Assembly (NCBI GenBank): GCA_032718475.1
Contig: JAUCBJ010000255.1
Coordinates: 1 to 37,849, forward strand
Reading direction: 5' to 3'
From: Nemertoderma westbladi
Taxonomy: Eukaryota; Animalia; Xenacoelomorpha
Length of the DNA: 37,849 nt
The notes under the pieces were generated by a model. That model did not search any database. It was not told the DNA's origin and saw only the letters and a program-made list of their open reading frames with translations. Positions 23,601 to 37,300 of the stretch are shown here, piece by piece. Within the stretch, counting starts at the first letter, position 1. Every line of letters begins with the position of its first letter. Made by a program: the position numbers and the translations under genes.

Positions 23601-26600
23601 GGGGCAATAACGGCTGGGTGGGAAGTTTATAGAAGCGTTAAAACGGGGCAATAACGGCTGGGTGTGAAGTTTATAGAAGAGTTAAAACGGGGCAATAACG
23701 GCTGGGTGGGAAGTTTATAGAAGAGTTAAAACGGGCCAATAACGGCTGGGTGGGAAGTTTATAGAAGAGTTAAAACGGGGCCATAACGGCTGGGTGGGAA
23801 GTTTATAGAAGAGTTAAAACGGGGCCATAACGGCTGGGTGGGAAGTTTATAGAAGAGTTAAAACGGGCCAATAACGGCTGGGTTGGAAGTTTATAGAAGA
23901 GTTTAAACGGGGCAATAACGTGTGGGTGGGAAGTTTATAGAAGAGTTAAAACGGGGAAATAACGGGTGGGTGGGAAGTTTATAGAAGAGTTAAGACGGGG
24001 CAATAACGGATGGGTGGGAAGTTTATAGAAGCGTTAAAACGGGGCAATAACGGCTGGGTGGGAAGGTTATAGAAGAATTAAAACGGGGCAATAACGGGTG
24101 GGTGGGAAGTTTATAGAAGCGTTAAAACGGGGCAATAACGGCTGGGTGGGAAGTTTATAGAAGAGTTTAAACGGGGCAATTTACGGGTGGGTGGGAAGTT
24201 TATAGAAGAGTTAAAACGGGGCAAAAACGGATGGGTGGGAAGTTTATAGAAGCGTTAAAACGGGGCAATAACGGCTGGGTGGGAAGTTTATAGAAGAGTT
24301 AAAACGGGCCAATAACGGCTGGGTGGGAAGTTTATAGAAGAGTTAAAACGGGCCAATAACGGCTGGGTGGAAAGTTTATAGAAGAGTTAAAACGGGGCCA
24401 TAACGGCTGGGTGGGAAGTTTATAGAAGCGTTAAAACGGGGCAATAACGGGTGGGTGGGAAGTTTATAGAAGAGTTAAAACGGGGCAATAACGGCTGGGT
24501 GGGAAGTTTATAGAAGAGTTAAAACGGGCCAATAACGGCTGGGTGGGAAGTTTATAGAAGCGTTAAAACGGGGCAATAACGGGTGGGTGGGAAGTTTATA
24601 GAAGAGTTAAAACGGGGCCATAACGGCTGGGTGGGAAGTTTATAGAAGAGTTAAAACGGGCCAATAACGGCTGGGTTGGAAGTTTATAGAAGCGTTAAAA
24701 CGGGGCAATAACGGCTGGGTGGGAAGTTTGTAGAAGAGTTAAGACGGGGCAATAACGGCTGGGTGGGAAGTTTATAGAAGCGTTAAAACGGGGCAATAAC
24801 GGCTGGGTGTGAAGTTTATAGAAGAGTTAAAACGGGGGCAATAACGGCTGGGTGGGAAGTTTATAGAAGAGTTAAAACGGGGCAATAACGCGTGGGTGGG
24901 AAGTTTATAGAAGCGTTAAAACGGGCCAATAACGGCTGGGTGGGAAGTTTATAGAAGAGTTAAAGCGGGGCAATAACGGCTGGGTTGGAAGTTTATAGAA
25001 GAGTTTAAACGGGGCCATAACGGCTGGGTGGGAAGTTTATAGAAGAGTTAAAACGGGCCAATAACGGCTGGGTTGGAAGTTTATAGAAGAGTTAAAACGG
25101 GGCCATAACGGCTGGGTGGGAAGTTTATAGAAGAGTTAAAACGGGGCCATAACGGCTGGGTGGGAAGTTTATAGAAGAGTTAAAACGGGCCAATAACGGC
25201 TAGGTTGGAAGTTTATAGAAGAGTTTAAACGGGGCAATAACGTGTGGGTGGGAAGTTTATAGAAGAGTTAAAACGGGGCAATAACGGGTGGGTGGGAAGT
25301 TTATAGAAGAGTTAAGACGGGGCAATAACGGATGGGTGGGAAGTTTATAGAAGCGTTAAAACGGGGCAATAACGGCTGGGTGGGAAGGTTATAGAAGAAT
25401 TAAAACGGGGCAATAACGGGTGGGTGGGAAGTTTATAGAAGCGTTAAAACGGGGCAATAACGGCTGGGTGGGAAGTTTATAGAAGCGTTAAAACGGGGCA
25501 ATAACGGCTGGGTGTGAAGTTTATAGAAGAGTTAAAAGGGGAAATAACGGCTGGGTGGAAAGTTTATAGAAGCGTTAAAACGGGGCAATAACGGCTGGGT
25601 GTGAAGTTTATAGAAGAGTTAAAACGGGGCAATAACGGGTGGGTGGGAAGTTTATAGAAGCGTTAAAACGGGCCAATAACGGCTGGGTGGGAAGTTTATA
25701 GAAGAGTTAAAGCGGGGCAATAACGGCTGGGTGGGAAGTTTATAGAAGCGTTAAAACGGGGCAATAACGGCTGGGTGGGAAGTTCATAGAATAGTTAAAA
25801 AGGGGCAATAACGGCTGGGTGGGAAGTTTATAGAAGCGTTAAAAAGAGGCAATAACGGCTGGGTGGGAAGTTTATAGAAGCATTAAAACGGGGCAATAAC
25901 GGCTGGGTGGGAAGTTCATAGAAGAGTTAAAAAGGGGCAATAACGGCTGGTTGGGAAGTTTATAGAAGCGTTAAAACGGGGCAATAACGGCTGGGTGGGA
26001 AATTTATAGAAGAGTTAAAAAGAGGCAATAACGGCTGGGTGGGAAGTTTATAGAAGAATTAAAACGGGGCAATAACGGGTGGTTGGGAAGTTTATAGAAG
26101 CGTTAAAACGGGGCAATAACGGCTGGGTGGGAAGTTTATATAAGAGTTAGAACAGGGCAATAACGACTGGTTGGGAAGTTTATAGAAGCGTTAAAAAGGG
26201 GCTATAACGGGTGGGTTGGAAGTTTATAGAAGAGTTAAAACGGGGCAATAACGGGTGGGTGGGAAGTTTATAGAAGAGTTAAAACGGGGCAATAACGGCT
26301 GGGTGGGAAGTTTATAGAAGAGTTTAAACGGGGCAATTTACGGGTGGGTGGGAAGTTTATAGAAGAGTTAAAACGGGGCAAAAACGGATGGGTGGGAAGT
26401 TTATAGAAGCGTTAAAACGGGGCAATAACGGCTGGGTGGGAAGTTTATAGAAGAGTTAAAACGGGCCAATAACGGCTGGGTGGGAAGTTTATAGAAGAGT
26501 TAAAACGGGCCAATAACGGCTGGGTGGAAAGTTTATAGAAGAGTTAAAACGGGGCCATAACGGCTGGGTGGGAAGTTTATAGAAGCGTTAAAACGGGGCA

Positions 26601-27820
26601 ATAACGGGTGGGTGGGAAGTTTATAGAAGAGTTAAAACGGGGCAATAACGGCTGGGTGGGAAGTTTATAGAAGCGTTAAAACGGGGCAATAACGGGTGGG
26701 TGGGAAGTTTATAGAAGAGTTAAAACGGGGCCATAACGTCTGGGTGGGAAGTTTATAGAAGAGTTAAAACGGGCCAATAACGGCTGGGTTGGAAGTTTAT
26801 AGAAGCGTTAAAACGGGGCAATAACGGCTGGGTGTGAAGTTTATAGAAGAGTTAAAAGGGGAAATAACGGCTGGGTGGAAAGTTTATAGAAGCGTTAAAA
26901 CGGGGCAATAACGGCTGGGTGTGAAGTTTATAGAAGAGTTAAAACGGGGCAATAACGGGTGGGTGGGAAGTTTATAGAAGCGTTAAAACGGGCCAATAAC
27001 GGCTGGGTGGGAAGTTTATAGAAGAGTTAAAGCGGGGCAATAACGGCTGGGTGGGAAGTTTATAGAAGCGTTAAAACGGGGCAATAACGGCTGGGTGGGA
27101 AGTTCATAGAATAGTTAAAAAGGGGCAATAACGGCTGGGTGGGAAGTTTATAGAAGCGTTAAAAAGAGGCAATAACGGCTGGGTGGGAAGTTTATAGAAG
27201 CATTAAAACGGGGCAATAACGGCTGGGTGGGAAGTTCATAGAAGAGTTAAAAAGGGGCAATAACGGCTGGTTGGGAAGTTTATAGAAGCGTTAAAACGGG
27301 GCAATAACGGCTGGGTGGGAAATTTATAGAAGAGTTAAAAAGAGGCAATAACGGCTGGGTGGGAAGTTTATAGAAGAATTAAAACGGGGCAATAACGGGT
27401 GGTTGGGAAGTTTATAGAAGCGTTAAAACGGGGCAATAACGGCTGGGTGGGAAGTTTATATAAGAGTTAGAACAGGGCAATAACGACTGGTTGGGAAGTT
27501 TATAGAAGCGTTAAAAAGGGGCTATAACGGGTGGGTTGGAAGTTTATAGAAGAGTTAAAACGGGGCAATAACGGGTGGGTGGGAAGTTTATAGAAGAGTT
27601 AAAACGGGGCAATAACGGCTGGGTGTAAAGTTTATATAAGAGTTAGAACAGGGCAATAACGACTGGTTGGGAAGTTTATAGAAGAGTTAAAAAGGGGCAA
27701 TAACGGGTGGTTGGGAAGTTTATAGAAGGGTTAAAACGGGTCAATAACGGCTGGGTGGGAAGTTTATATACAGTAAGAGATAAAACAGGGCAATAACGGG
27801 TGGGTGGGAAGTTTATAGAA
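14673..27820. repeat. 44-bp satellite, right arm (~300 units) with higher-order block duplications
   Basis: Same monomer with recurring variant strings. More divergent units toward 27820. Confidence 0.98.
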
Positions 27821-28273
27821 ATGGGTTTGGGTGCTTTAGTTTGACTCTTCATATGAATACGACAAGGATGTCTTTGACAGACAACTTAAATAAAATAACA
27901 ATAAATATTAATCAAAAATGAAAATATTATGTTTTTAACTCGTTAGGTAGAAATGAATGTATATACGGCGGGTGAGAATGGTTTGTATTATGGAAGAGAA
28001 CCTATTGCCGCCTAGAACTCTGCACGGGGGTTGAGCCCGTTACCGTAAGATAACGTCGTAGTTATCTTACTAAGTAAGATTGCCAATTACTTTCATTTAC
28101 CAGACCATCTGTATACTTTTAACTGCGCATCGGGACAATACACATGCCATTGAGATGCCATCGCAATTATTTTATAGTAACATTACGGGTTGGTATGGTG
28201 AGTGACGGTTCAGGTACCTCGACAATACGGTGTATTAAATAGAGAACACCATTGTCTAAGCTGTAATACTCAC

Positions 28274-28371
28274 CTGAATAGAAGAAGTAAAGCCATTAAT
28301 ATGTTCTGGAAATTGTTATTTCGCGTCAGTGCTGAGTTTTCAGTGGCATCTAATTCGACATTACCAAACAT
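28274..28371 (-). CDS. Cav2: Cav2-type calcium channel alpha-1 subunit, exon encoding IVS5-P loop (MFGNVELDATENSALTRNNNFQNILMALLLLFR)
   Basis: 98-nt exon, acceptor TTATTTCAG, donor GTGAGT, phase 0/2. FGN...NNF...ALLLLFR motif. Confidence 0.95.
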
Positions 28372-28485
28372 CTGAAATAAGATATAAAACGGTTTCAACT
28401 ATAATAATATAATATATATCATACTGCCAATCAAACTCTTGTTTGGGTTGTTTCGTTTCATCCAGCGCCCCATACCGGTACCAAC

Positions 28486-28686
28486 CTGCATTCCAACTAT
28501 AGCGTAAATAAAAAATATCATTCCGATGAGGAGACAGACGTATGGTAAGGCGAGGAAAGCCTGTCCGAAAGTCCACATGAGGATCCTAATGTCGCTTCCT
28601 TGTCTCAGTAGTTTGATTAGTCTAGCAGCCCGGAACAGTCTCAGTACACCGACCGCAGGAAACGATGCGGAACCCTCAACCAGATT
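28486..28686 (-). CDS. Cav2: Cav2-type calcium channel alpha-1 subunit, exon encoding IVS4-IVS5 ([67 protein letters not shown])
   Basis: 201-nt exon, acceptor GTTCTAG, donor GTTGGT, phase 0/0. [16 protein letters not shown] and ALPYVCLLI are Cav2 (CACNA1A/B/E, cacophony, unc-2) signatures. Confidence 0.96.
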
Positions 28687-28959
28687 CTAGAACGTTATAA
28701 TAAATAGTTATTATGCATGTTTCCATTGAAAATATACAAAATAAAACATAAAAGAACATATAAAACAAAGAATAAAATATGCAATGAATATAAAATTGAA
28801 TACATGAGACAAGGTACTGACTGGTACATAGCGAATGAGGGAGTTATACTTATAGTTCAACGTGGAAAATAGATAACCTTTTAGTGTAATGCGAAAATAA
28901 TTGTTGCAGTATTTAAAACTATAGGAGTAAGAGTTCAGTTAGCATACAGTTTCTACAGC

Positions 28960-29190
28960 CATTATTTAGACCAGGGAGTACGAATAAAGTCTAACGACTT
29001 ATTTTCAGAGGGAATTGTTACTCATTTTGCGACAATTCAAGGATACAATGCAGGTGTGTCCTGGCTATAGTCAATCTCTAGCGTTCATAACGAGACGAAA
29101 AATCCATGTCCCCGATGCGGGGATCGAAACCACGACCTTTGGAATCAAGTATATGAATTCAACGGATTAAACCATTACGATTCAAGATGG
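28960..29190 (-). mobile_element. Degenerate tRNA-derived SINE-like element in Cav2 intron
   Basis: Minus strand CGTAATGGTTTAA...AAGGTCGTGGTTTCGATCCCCGC resembles A box and T-arm/B box. Boundaries approximate. Confidence 0.45.
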
Positions 29191-29541
29191 TACCACCATG
29201 TAGGAATGAACAGGAATAACTATAAACAGCATGCTGCATGTTGCAGTTTCATTCATAATGATATGCCGGATTATCGTCAAAATTGTGCCGCCACAACTTC
29301 CTATTATAAATATGAAATAACGATGCTTATAGCTGTTGCTTATGCAACGTCCTTATAGTTCGGATGCAGATCTTGAGTGTTACAGGCAGCAGTAACTATA
29401 GCAACACTGGCCAATAAGAGTAGTATTTATTTTACTGTACAAATGTAATTTTATCAGTACGATACTCACATAAAATTAAAAATATGTCAATATGTGTCCA
29501 AATTTCACGAACAAAAGATTAGCGAAATAGTTATTACTTAC

Positions 29542-29631
29542 GAATTGTTCTATAGTTGTCAGCGCCACATCAACTATGCTGCCAATAACAGTGATCGCAT
29601 CGAATATATTCCACATTTCATAGAAATAATA
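29542..29631 (-). CDS. Cav2: Cav2-type calcium channel alpha-1 subunit, exon encoding domain IV S3 (YYFYEMWNIFDAITVIGSIVDVALTTIEQF)
   Basis: 90-nt exon, acceptor TTTCCTCAG, donor GTAAGT, phase 0/0. WNIFD..TV.GSI.D is the IVS3 motif of Cav channels. Confidence 0.93.
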
Positions 29632-29799
29632 CTGAGGAAAAAAAGATAAATAGTAAATTAAACGGCCAAACTGTCAAAAACCGCATTGTGATTGCAGGTT
29701 ATTTCCTACAAAAATCAATATAATTCTTTTAATATTTTTCTGTTGCCCAAATAAATGCAAACTTTGATCAAACACAAGTGTATCGAATATATAATTAAC

Positions 29800-32700
29800 G
29801 AACGCCACCATTAAAAATATACATGTAACCATAGGAACGCCACCGTTAAAAATATAAATGTAACCATAGGAACGCCACAGTTAAAAATATACATGTAACC
29901 ATAGGAACGCCACCTTTAACACTATACATGTAACCATAGGAACGCCACCTTTAACACTATACATGTAACCATAGGAACGCCACCGTTAAAAATATACATG
30001 TAACCATTGGAACGCCACCGTTAAAAAATATAAATGTAACCATAGGAACGCCACCGTTAAAAATATACATGGAACCATAGGAACGCCACCTTTAAAAATA
30101 TAAATATAACCATAGAAACGCCACCTTTACCACTATACATGTAACGATAGGAACGCCACCGTTAACACTATCCATGTAACCATAGGAACGCCACCTTTAA
30201 CACTATACATGTAACCATAGGAACGCCACCTTTAACACTATACATGTAACCATAGGAACGCCACCGTTAACACTATCCATGTAACCATAGGAACGCCACC
30301 GTTAACACTATCCATGTAACCATAGGAACGCCACCTTTAACACTATCCATGTAACCATAGGAACGCCACCTTTAACACTATACATGTAACCATAGGAACG
30401 CCACCTTTAACACTATACATGTAACCATAGGAACGCCACCGTTAACACTATCCATGTAACCATAGGAACGCCACCGTTAACACTATCCATGTAACCATAG
30501 GAACGCCACCTTTAACACTATACATGGAACCATAGGAACGCCACCGTTAACACTATCCATGTAACCATAGGAACGCCACCTTTAACACTATACATGTAAC
30601 CATAGGAACGCCACCGTTAAAAATATACATGTAACCATAGGAACGCCACCTTTAACACTATCCATGTAACCATAGGAACGCCACCTTTAACACTATACAT
30701 GTAACCATAGGAACGCCACCGTTAAAAATATACACGTAACCATAGGAACGCCACCTTTAGCACTATACATGTAACCATAGGAACGCCACCTTTAACACTA
30801 TACATGTAACCATAGGAACGCCACCGTTAACACTATACATGGAACCATAGGAACGCCACCGTTAAAAATATACATGTAACCATAGGAACGCCACCTTTAA
30901 CACTATCCATGTAACCATAGGAACGCCACCGTTAACACTATCCATGTAACCATAGGAACGCCACCTTTAACACTATCCATGTAACCATAGGAACGCCACC
31001 TTTAACACTATACATGTAACCATAGGAACGCCACCTTTAACACTATACATGTAACCATAGGAACGCCACCGTTAACACTATCCATGTAACCATAGGAACG
31101 CCACCGTTAACACTATCCATGTAACCATAGGAACGCCACCTTTAACACTATACATGGAACCATAGGAACGCCACCGTTAACACTATCCATGTAACCATAG
31201 GAACGCCACCTTTAACACTATACATGTAACCATAGGAACGCCACCGTTAACACTATCCATGTAACCATAGGAACGCCACCGTTAACACTATCCATGTAAC
31301 CATAGGAACGCCACCTTTAACAATATACATGGAACCATAGGAACGTCACCTTTAACACTATACATGTAACCATAGGAACGCCACCGTTAACACTATCCAT
31401 GTAACCATAGGAACGCCACCTTTAACACTATACATGGAACCATAGGAACGCCACCGTTAAAAATATACATGTAACCTTAGGAACGCCACCTTTAACACTA
31501 TACATGTAACCATAGGAACGCCACCGTTAACACTATCCATGTAACCATAGGAACGCCACCGTTAACACTATCCATGTAACCATAGGAACGCCACCTTTAA
31601 CACTATACATGGAACCATAGGAACGCCACCGTTAACACTATCCATGTAACCATAGGAATGCCACCTTTACCCTATCCATGTAACCATAGGAACGCCACCG
31701 TTAACACTATCCATGTAACCATAGGAACGCCACCGTTAACACTATCCATGTAACCATAGGAACGCCACCGTTAACACTATCCATGTAACCATAGGAACGC
31801 CACCTTTAATACTATACATGTAACCATAGGAACGCCACCGTTAACACTATCCATGTAACCATAGGAACGCCACCGTTAACACTATCCATGTAACCATAGG
31901 AACGCCACCTTTAACACTATACATGGAACCATAGGAACGCCACCGTTAACACTATCCATGTAACCATAGGAACGCCACCGTTAACACTATCCATGTAACC
32001 ATAGGAACGCCACCGTTAGCACTGTCCATGTAACCATTAGGAACGCCACCTTTAACACTATACATGTAACCATAGGAACGCAACCGTTAACATTATACAT
32101 GTAACCATAGGAACGCCACCTTTAACACTATACATGGAACCATAGGAACGCCACCGTTAACACTATCCATGTAACCATAGGAACGCCACCTTTAATACTA
32201 TACATGGAACCATAGGAACGCCACCGTTAACACTATCCATGTAACCATAGGAACGCCACCGTTAACACTATCCATGTAACCATAGGAACGCCACCTTTAA
32301 CAATATACATGGAACCATAGGAACGCCACCGTTAAAAATATAAATGTAACCATAGGAACGCCACCTTTAACACTATACATGTAACCATAGGAACGCCACC
32401 TTTAACACTATACATGTAACCATAGGAACGCCACCGTTAACACTATCCATGTAACCATAGGAACGCCACCTTTAACACTATACATGTAACCATAGGAACG
32501 CCACCGTTAAAAATATACATGTAACAATCATAGGAACGCCACCGTTAACACTATACATGTAACCATAGGAACGCCACCGTTAACACTATCCATGTAACCA
32601 TAGGAACGCCACCTTTAACACTATACATGGAACCATAGGAACGCCACCTTTAACACTATACATGTAACCATAGGAACGCCACCGTTAACACTATCCATGT

Positions 32701-34308
32701 AACCATAGGAACGCCACCTTTAACACTATACATGGAACCATAGGAACGCCACCTTTAACACTATCCATGTAACCATAGGAACGCCAACTTTAACACTATA
32801 CATGTAACCATAGGAACGCCACCTTTAACACTATCCATGTAACCATAGGAACGCCACCGTTAACACTATCCATGTAACCATAGGAACGCCACCGTTAAAA
32901 ATATAAACGTAACCATAGGAACGCCACCTTTAACACTATACATGGAACCATAGGAACGCCACCGTTAACACTATACATGTAACCATAGGAACGCCACCGT
33001 TAACACTATACATGGAACCATAGGAACGCCACCGTTAACACTATACATGTAACCATAGGAACGCCACCTTTAACACTATACATGTAACCATAGGAACGCC
33101 ACCGTTAACACTATACATGGAACCATAGGAACGCCACCGTTAAAAATATACATGTAACCATAGGAACGCCACCTTTAACACTATCCATGTAACCATAGGA
33201 ACGCCACCGTTAACACTATCCATGTAACCATAGGAACGCCACCGTTAGCACTGTCCATGTAACCATAGGAACGCCACCTTTAACACTATACATGTAACCA
33301 TAGGAACGCCACCGTTAACACTATACATGTAACCATAGGAACGCCACCGTTAAAAATATACATGTAACCATAGGAACGCCACCTTTAACACTATCCATGT
33401 AACCATAGGAACGCCACCGTTAACACTATCCATGTAACCATAGGAACGCCACCGTTAACACTATCCATGTAACCATAGGAACGCCACCTTTAACACTATA
33501 CATGTAACCATAGGAACGCCACCTTTAACACTATCCATGTAACCATAGGAACGCCACCGTTAACACTATCCATGTAACCATAGGATCGCCACCGTTAACA
33601 CTATCCATGTAACCATAGGAACGCCACCTTTAACACTATACATGGAACCATAGGAACGCCACCGTTAAAACTATACATGTAACCATAGGAACGCCACCTT
33701 TAACACTATACATGTAACCATAGGAACGCCACCGTTAACACTATCCATGTAACCATAGGAACGCCACCGTTAACACTATCCATGTAACCATAGGAACGCC
33801 ACCTTTAACACTATACATGGAACCATAGGAACGCCACCGTTAACACTATCCATGTAACCATAGGAACGCCAACTTTAACACTATACATGGAACCATAGGA
33901 ACGCCACCGTTAACACTATCCATGTAACCATAGGAACGCCACCTTTAACACTATACATGGAACCATAGGAACGCCACCGTTAACACTATCCATGTAACCA
34001 TAGGAACGCCACCGTTAACACTATCCATGTAACCATAGGAACGCCACCTTTCACACTATACATGGAACCAAAGGAACGCCACCGTTAACACTATCCATGT
34101 AACCATAGGAACGCCACCTTTAACACTATACATGGAACCATAGGAACGCCACCGTTAACACTATCCATGTAACCATAGGAACGCCACCGTTAACACTATC
34201 CATGTAACCATAGGAACGCCACCGTTAACACTATCCATGTAACCATAGGAACGCCACCGTTAACACTATCCATGTAACCATAGGAACGCCACCTTTAACA
34301 CTATCCAT
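29800..34308. repeat. 35-bp satellite (~129 units), consensus GTAACCATAGGAACGCCACC(G/T)TTAACACTAT(A/C)CAT
   Basis: Period counted directly (30211 to 30246). Confidence 0.98.
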
Positions 34309-37300
34309 ACACATAAACAACCAACCTTTCCGAATCCGATGAGTTTCATGACGGCCTCCACAGTAAATATCAACCAACCTTTCTGAATCCGATGAGTTTC
34401 ATGACGGCCTCCACAGTAAATATCAACCAACCTTTCTGAATCCGATGAGTTTCATGACGGCCTCCACAGTAAATATCACACATAAACAACCAACCTTTCT
34501 GAATCCGATGAGTTTCATGACGGCCTCCACAGTAAATATCACACATAAACAACCAACCTTTCTGAATCCGATGAGTTTCATGACGGCCTCCACAGTAAAT
34601 ATCAACCAACCTTTCTGAATCCGATGAGTTTCATGACGGCCTCCACAGTAAATATCACACATAAACAACCAACCTTTCTGAATCCGATGAGTTTCATGAC
34701 GGCCTCCACAGTAAATATCACACATAAACAACCAACCTTTCTGAATCCGATGAGTTTCATGACGGCCTCCACAGTAAATATCAACCAACCTTTCAGAATC
34801 CGATGAGTTTCATGACGGCCTCCACAGTAAATATCAACCAACCTTTCTGAATCCGATGAGTTTCATGACGGCCTCCACAGTAAATATCAACCAACCTTTC
34901 TGAATCCGATGAGTTTCATGACGGCCTCCACAGTAAATATCAACCAACCTTTCTGAATCCGATGAGTTTCATGACGGCCTCCACAGTAAATATCAACCAA
35001 CCTTTCTGAATCCGATGAGTTTCATGACGGCCTCCACAGTAAATATCACACATAAACAACCAACCTTTCTGAATCCGATGAGTTTCATGACGGCCTCCAC
35101 AGTAAATATCACACATAAACAACCAACCTTTCTGAATCCGATGAGTTTCATGACGGCCTCCACAGTAAATATCACACATAAACAACCAACCTTTCTGAAT
35201 CCGATAAGTTTCATGACGGCCTCCACAGTAAATATCAACCAACCTTTCTGAATCCGATGAGTTTCATGACGGCCTCCACAGTAAATATCAACCAACCTTT
35301 CTGAATCCGATGAGTTTCATGACGGCCTCCACAGTAAATATCAACCAACCTTTCTGAATCCGATGAGTTTCATGACGGCCTCCACAGTAAATATCACACA
35401 TAAACAACCAACCTTTCTGAATCCGATGAGTTTCATGACGGCCTCCACAGTAAATATCAACCAACCTTTCTGAATCCGATGAGTTTCATGACGGCCTCCA
35501 CAGTAAATATCAACCAACCTTTCTGAATCCGATGAGTTTCATGACGGCCTCCACAGTAAATATCACACATAAACAACCAACCTTTCTGAATCCGATGAGT
35601 TTCATGACGGCCTCCACAGTAAATATCACACATAAACAACCAACCTTTCTGAATCCGATGAGTTTCATGACGGCCTCCACAGTAAATATCACACATAAAC
35701 AACCAACCTTTCTGAATCCGATAAGTTTCATGACGGCCTCCACAGTAAATATCAACCAACCTTTCTGAATCCGATGAGTTTCATGACGGCCTCCACAGTA
35801 AATATCACACATAAACAACCAACCTTTCTGAATCCGATGAGTTTCATGACGGCCTCCACAGTAAATATCACACATAAACAACCAACCTTTCTGAATCCGA
35901 TGAGTTTCATGACGGCCTCCACAGTAAATATCAACCAACCTTTCAGAATCCGATGAGTTTCATGACGGCCTCCACAGTAAATATCAACCAACCTTTCTGA
36001 ATCCGATGAGTTTCATGACGGCCTCCACAGTAAATATCAACCAACCTTTCTGAATCCGATGAGTTTCATGACGGCCTCCACAGTAAATATCAACCAACCT
36101 TTCTGAATCCGATGAGTTTCATGACGGCCTCCACAGTAAATATCAACCAACCTTTCTGAATCCGATGAGTTTCATGACGGCCTCCACAGTAAATATCACA
36201 CATAAACAACCAACCTTTCTGAATCCGATGAGTTTCATGACGGCCTCCACAGTAAATATCACACATAAACAACCAACCTTTCTGAATCCGATGAGTTTCA
36301 TGACGGCCTCCACAGTAAATATCAACCAACCTTTCTGAATCCGATGAGTTTCATGACGGCCTCCACAGTAAATATCACACATAAACAACCAACCTTTCTG
36401 AATACGAAGAGTTTCATGACGGCCTCCACAGTAAATATCAACCAACCTTTCTGAATCCGATGAGTTTCATGACGGCCTCCACAGTAAATATCAACCAACC
36501 TTTCTGAATCCGATGAGTTTCATGACGGCCTCCACAGTAAATATCACACATAAACAACCAACCTTTCTGAATCCGATGAGTTTCATGACGGCCTCCACAG
36601 TAAATATCACACATAAACAACCAACCTTTCTGAATCCGATGAGTTTCATGACGGCCTCCACAGTAAATATCACACATAAACAACCAACCTTTCTGAATCC
36701 GATGAGTTTCATGACGGCCTCCACAGTAAATATCAACCAACCTTTCTGAATCCGATGAGTTTCATGACGGCCTCCACAGTAAATATCACACATAAACAAC
36801 CAACCTTTCTGAATACGAAGAGTTTCATGACGGCCTCCACAGTAAATATCAACCAACCTTTCTGAATCCGATGAGTTTCATGACGGCCTCCACAGTAAAT
36901 ATCAACCAACCTTTCTGAATCCGATGAGTTTCATGACGGCCTCCACAGTAAATATCACACATAAACAACCAACCTTTCTGAATCCGATGAGTTTCATGAC
37001 GGCCTCCACAGTAAATATCACACATAAACAACCAACCTTTCTGAATCCGATGAGTTTCATGACGGCCTCCACAGTAAATATCACACATAAACAACCAACC
37101 TTTCTGAATCCGATGAGTTTCATGACGGCCTCCACAGTAAATATCACACATAAACAACCAACCTTTCTGAATCCGATGAGTTTCATGACGGCCTCCACAG
37201 TAAATATCAACCAACCTTTCTGAATCCGATGAGTTTCATGACGGCCTCCACAGTAAATATCAACCAACCTTTCTGAATCCGATGAGTTTCATGACGGCCT

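Noticed and set aside
28361-28576. 71-aa track ORF
   Set aside because: Wrong frame over the real Cav2 exon and the 114-bp intron.
29105-29185. Functional tRNA gene
   Set aside because: Only the T-arm/B-box is recognisable. Acceptor and anticodon stems do not pair.
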